Below, piece by piece: positions 60,561 through 64,000 of a stretch of 64,000 nucleotides of DNA. This stretch comes from Lama guanicoe (Eukaryota): NCBI GenBank assembly GCA_013239625.1, contig MU054323.1, positions 8,049,220 through 8,113,219 on the forward strand, in the 5' to 3' direction. Under the pieces are notes generated by a model, which saw only the letters and a list, made by a program, of their open reading frames with translations, did no database searches and was not told where the DNA came from. Position 1 is the stretch's first letter, and each line of letters begins with the position of its first letter. The translations under genes and the position numbers were made by a program.

Positions 60561-61399
60561 CTAGTCAGAAACAGACAAGCAGATGGAGATGATCTGAGCA
60601 GGAAGGCCTGGGTTGGAGACCCAGCTCCAGTGCTTTGCTAATTTAACTTTGCAGGTCTCGGTGTGCTCATCTGGAACATGCAGACAACGCCGCCTGGCAT
60701 GCCTGCCTCGCACGGGGCAGGGCACCAGTATGCGGGGAATGTGCAAAGACTGTTGCGTGCCCTTTGACAGAGAGGGGCATGGAAGAAGCTTGGCTCTGGT
60801 GCCAGCTTGCTCTCCTCCCTGGCCTCCGTCTACCTGTCTGTAACATTAAGAGGATTGTTCTGTATCAGCATTTTCCAAACAGCATTCAGTGGAACACCAG
60901 GTGCAGGAGTTCTTGGAATGATTTAAAAGAAAGGATATGTACATATACACACACAAAATAAGTTGGGGAAATAATTTATTCTGTGTCTTCCTTTTAGAGA
61001 TTTATAATAGCATTTGTATACTAAAGGCACTGAGAAGTCCTGTGCCCAAGGACCTGTTTAACCCATTTGACCCAAGAACTCTCTTTTCCCTTCAGAATAC
61101 CCTTTAATAGGGTTCCATGGAAAAGATCTAGAAATGCTGCATGGAATGAGCTCTGAGGTCTCTTCCAGCTCTAATGCTCTGTGGCGCTAAGTGTCTGTCC
61201 ATCATTCTGCTGAAATGATCAGAGTAAAAGCCACAGTAGATAAGGGCCTCAGCCTGCTTCCTGGTGGCCAAGGATGCCTGATATCTGCTGTTGGCTGCTG
61301 CAGCTTTAGGGACCCACAAGAAGGGGAAAGAGAAGCAGCCAGGGTGCAACAGGCAGGAGAACTACCCATCCCGCAGAGATCCAGGGCTCCAGGGCTCAC

Positions 61400-61466
61400 C
61401 CTCAGTGTTGTCCATCTCCTCTTTCTCCTCCAAGTCAATTCCTGAGGCCTCTTGCTGTCGAAGTTG
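61400..61466 (-). CDS. OTOF: OTOF exon (~34)
   Basis: QLRQQEASGIDLEEKEEMDNTE; ggcag| acceptor, |gtgagc donor; phase matches the next exon. Confidence 0.9.
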
Positions 61467-61790
61467 CTGCCAAAAGATGAGATGAGGAACAGGGAAGGCG
61501 GGCTTCCTGGGGAAGGGTCTGTTAACCCCACACTGTGGTCTCAGACCAGTCTTAAATGCTTAGAAGCAGAAATTCTTTCCTACTGGGTTTCCAACCCAGT
61601 AGGGGTTGAAAGTTGAAAGCTTAAGTGGGTTAAAAAAGTTCATGATGTGTACAATATGGCTTAACTGTACTTAGCTGTTTATGATTCTTTAAATTGTGTA
61701 TCATTGAAAAACATGTGCCCTTTAAGGTTGCTTCTTAGTGGTATTTTTTTTAATGTAGAAAAGTACAACTGAATAAGAAAATGTGCTTCA

Positions 61791-62953
61791 TGTTCTCCTA
61801 GGGCAGTCTACCCGGACAATAGAAATACAAGTAAAAATAAACAAATGAAACTTAATTAAATTTATAAGTTTTTGCATAGCAAAGGAAACCATAAGCAAAA
61901 CAAAAAGACAACCTATGGAACAGGAGAAAATATTTGCAAAAGATGAGACTGACAAGGGCTTAATTTCCAGAATATAAAAACAGCTTATACAACTTAATGA
62001 TAAAAAACAAACAACCCAATCCAAAAATGAGCAGAAGACCTACACAAGCAATTCTCCAATGAAGACATACAAATGGCCAATAGGCACATGAAAAAATGCT
62101 CAATCTTGCTAATTATCAGAGAAATGCAAATCAAAACTACAGTGAGGTATCACCTCACACCAGTCAGAATGGCCATCATTAAAAAGTCCACAAATGATAA
62201 ATGCTGGAAAGGGTGTGGAGAAAAGGGAATCTCCCTACACTGTTGATGGGAATGTAGTTTGGTGCAGCCAGTATGGAAAACAGTATGGAGATTCCTCAAA
62301 GAACTAAAAATAGATTTACCATATGATCCAGTAATCCCACTCCTGGGCATATATCCGGAGGGAACTCTAATTTGAAAAGATACATGCACCCCAATGTTAT
62401 CATAGCAGCTTACAATAGCCAAGACATGGAAGCAAACTAATGTCCATTAACAGATGACTGGATAAAGAAGATGTGGTATATTTATACAATGGAATACTAC
62501 TCAGCCATAAAAAATAATAAAATAATGCCTTTTGCAGCAACATGGTTGGAACTGGAGATTGCCATTGCAAGTGAAGTAAGCCAGAAAGAAAGAAAAATGA
62601 CGTAAGATGTCACTTACATGTGGAATCTAAAAAAAAAGACAAATGAACTTATTTATAAAACAGAAACAGACTCACTGAAATAGAAAACATACTTATGGTT
62701 ACCAAGGGGGGAAAGGGGTGGGAAAGGATAAATTGGGAGTTCAAGATTTTCAGATACTAACTACTATATATAAAATAGATAAACAACTAGTTTATACTGT
62801 AGAGCAGAGGGAACTATATTCAGTATCTTATAGTAACCTATAATGAAAAAGAATATGAAACAAATATGTTTATATATATGTATGCCTGAACTATTATGTT
62901 GTACACCAGAAATTGTACATTGTAAACTGACTATACTTCAATTAAAAAAAAAG
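61791..62953 (+). mobile_element. 5'-truncated L1 (ORF2 end + 3' UTR + A tail) with perfect 16-bp TSD, in an OTOF intron
   Basis: gaaatgcaaatcaaaactacagtgaggtatcacctcacaccagtcagaatggcc; TSD aagaaaatgtgcttca at 61775-90 and 62954-69. Confidence 0.92.
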
Positions 62954-63144
62954 AAGAAAATGTGCTTCAGTCGGTATACACTGGACACTAACTAAATCAC
63001 CAGGTGTCAACCAAGGTGCCACTGCCACCTGGTGGTAGCCTGTGCAAATTACAGGAACAGACACAAGGCAGCCTCTTGGAGCTCCTGCGTGGCCAACCTG
63101 AATCCAGGAGGTGATGGTGGGAGAAGATGCCACTAGGTGTCCCC

Positions 63145-63530
63145 CAATTTTCTTCTCTCCTGTTCTTCAAAAATTTTCCTGGGCACACAGCCACGTAGCT
63201 AAAGATTACGTCTCCTAGCCTACCTTGCAGCCAAGTGTGATTAAGGATCTAGATTCTAGCCAATATGAGTGAAAGTGATATTTGCAGCTTCCAGGTTGGG
63301 GATTTAAAGGGAAAGGAGTATGCCTCATCTTGACAATTCCTGTGCACTGGTATTGAGATGTGATGGAAAGCCATCTCTAACCATACAGATGCCAGTAACA
63401 AGATGGCAGGATATTGGTCCCTGACACCATGGAATCACCATACCACCTTCTTCTTGTTCACACCAATCTAACTTACTACAGCAGCTTAGCCTGTGCTCTG
63501 ACTAATGTGGATGGTAAATATCACACAGCT
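63145..63530. mobile_element. MLT1-like LTR remnant
   Basis: agctaaagattacgtctcctagcctaccttgcagccaagtgtg...ttctagccaatatgagtgaaagtga. Confidence 0.5.
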
Positions 63531-64000
63531 TGGGTCACAGAAAGGGCCTGGGGGCAGAGTGTGGCTGGATCAGCTTGGCTGAGGAAACGCAACCACAGGC
63601 ACATGTTCCTCCCAGTCAGTCGGTCAGTCGGTCAGTCAGGGAGTGCCCTGAGCTAGGTTGGCAGTGTGGAGAAGAGACAAATGAGGAAGAGGAGAAATGC
63701 ACTTTCTGGAAATTGCCATCTGGCTCAGCAGACAGAACCCAAGTGCACACAATAGGGGAAGAAAGTTTCACAGCGAGGTGTGTAAAATAAAGTAGCATTA
63801 GGTGTTAAATAGTAACAGATGTGCAAGTACTACTGAGACGTTGTTCCCTTTTGGCCTCTGAGTGCATGTTTCTCTTCTTCCTTAAAGGTCACCTCCCCTG
63901 TGAAGCCTTCCCTGACTCCCCCAGGCACTGAATTGCCTTTGTTATCACACCGCGATGTATCTGCTTACATGTCCATTTTGCATGTCCAGGAAATACCCAT

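Overview
Mammalian genomic DNA, almost certainly from a camelid (eight copies of a tRNA-derived SINE resembling camelid Vic-1), syntenic with the human SELENOI-DRC1-OTOF locus. (1) Positions 1 to ~8650 hold the end of the last intron, the last coding exon and a ~6.5 kb 3' UTR of the selenoprotein gene SELENOI (EPT1) on +. The exon has an in-frame selenocysteine UGA (2099-2101) and a foldable SECIS (3469-3536). (2) The complete 17-exon DRC1 (CCDC164) gene is on + (ATG 11463 to TAG 50890; the exons sum to 2157 nt = 718 aa + stop, with consistent phases). It has a CpG-island promoter with RFX X-box-like sites and one GC-AG intron. (3) The last 15 coding exons of otoferlin OTOF are on - (61466 down to 52348), including the two duplicated alternative transmembrane terminal exons, and end tail-to-tail with DRC1. 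The rest is intronic or intergenic DNA with L1, L2, SINE, MER and MLT remnants. Gene identities come from my recall of the orthologous proteins, not a database search. I found no convincing wholly novel biological system. The most interesting signals are Sec recoding, non-canonical or alternative splicing features, and a hairpin plus local duplication in the SELENOI 3' UTR.
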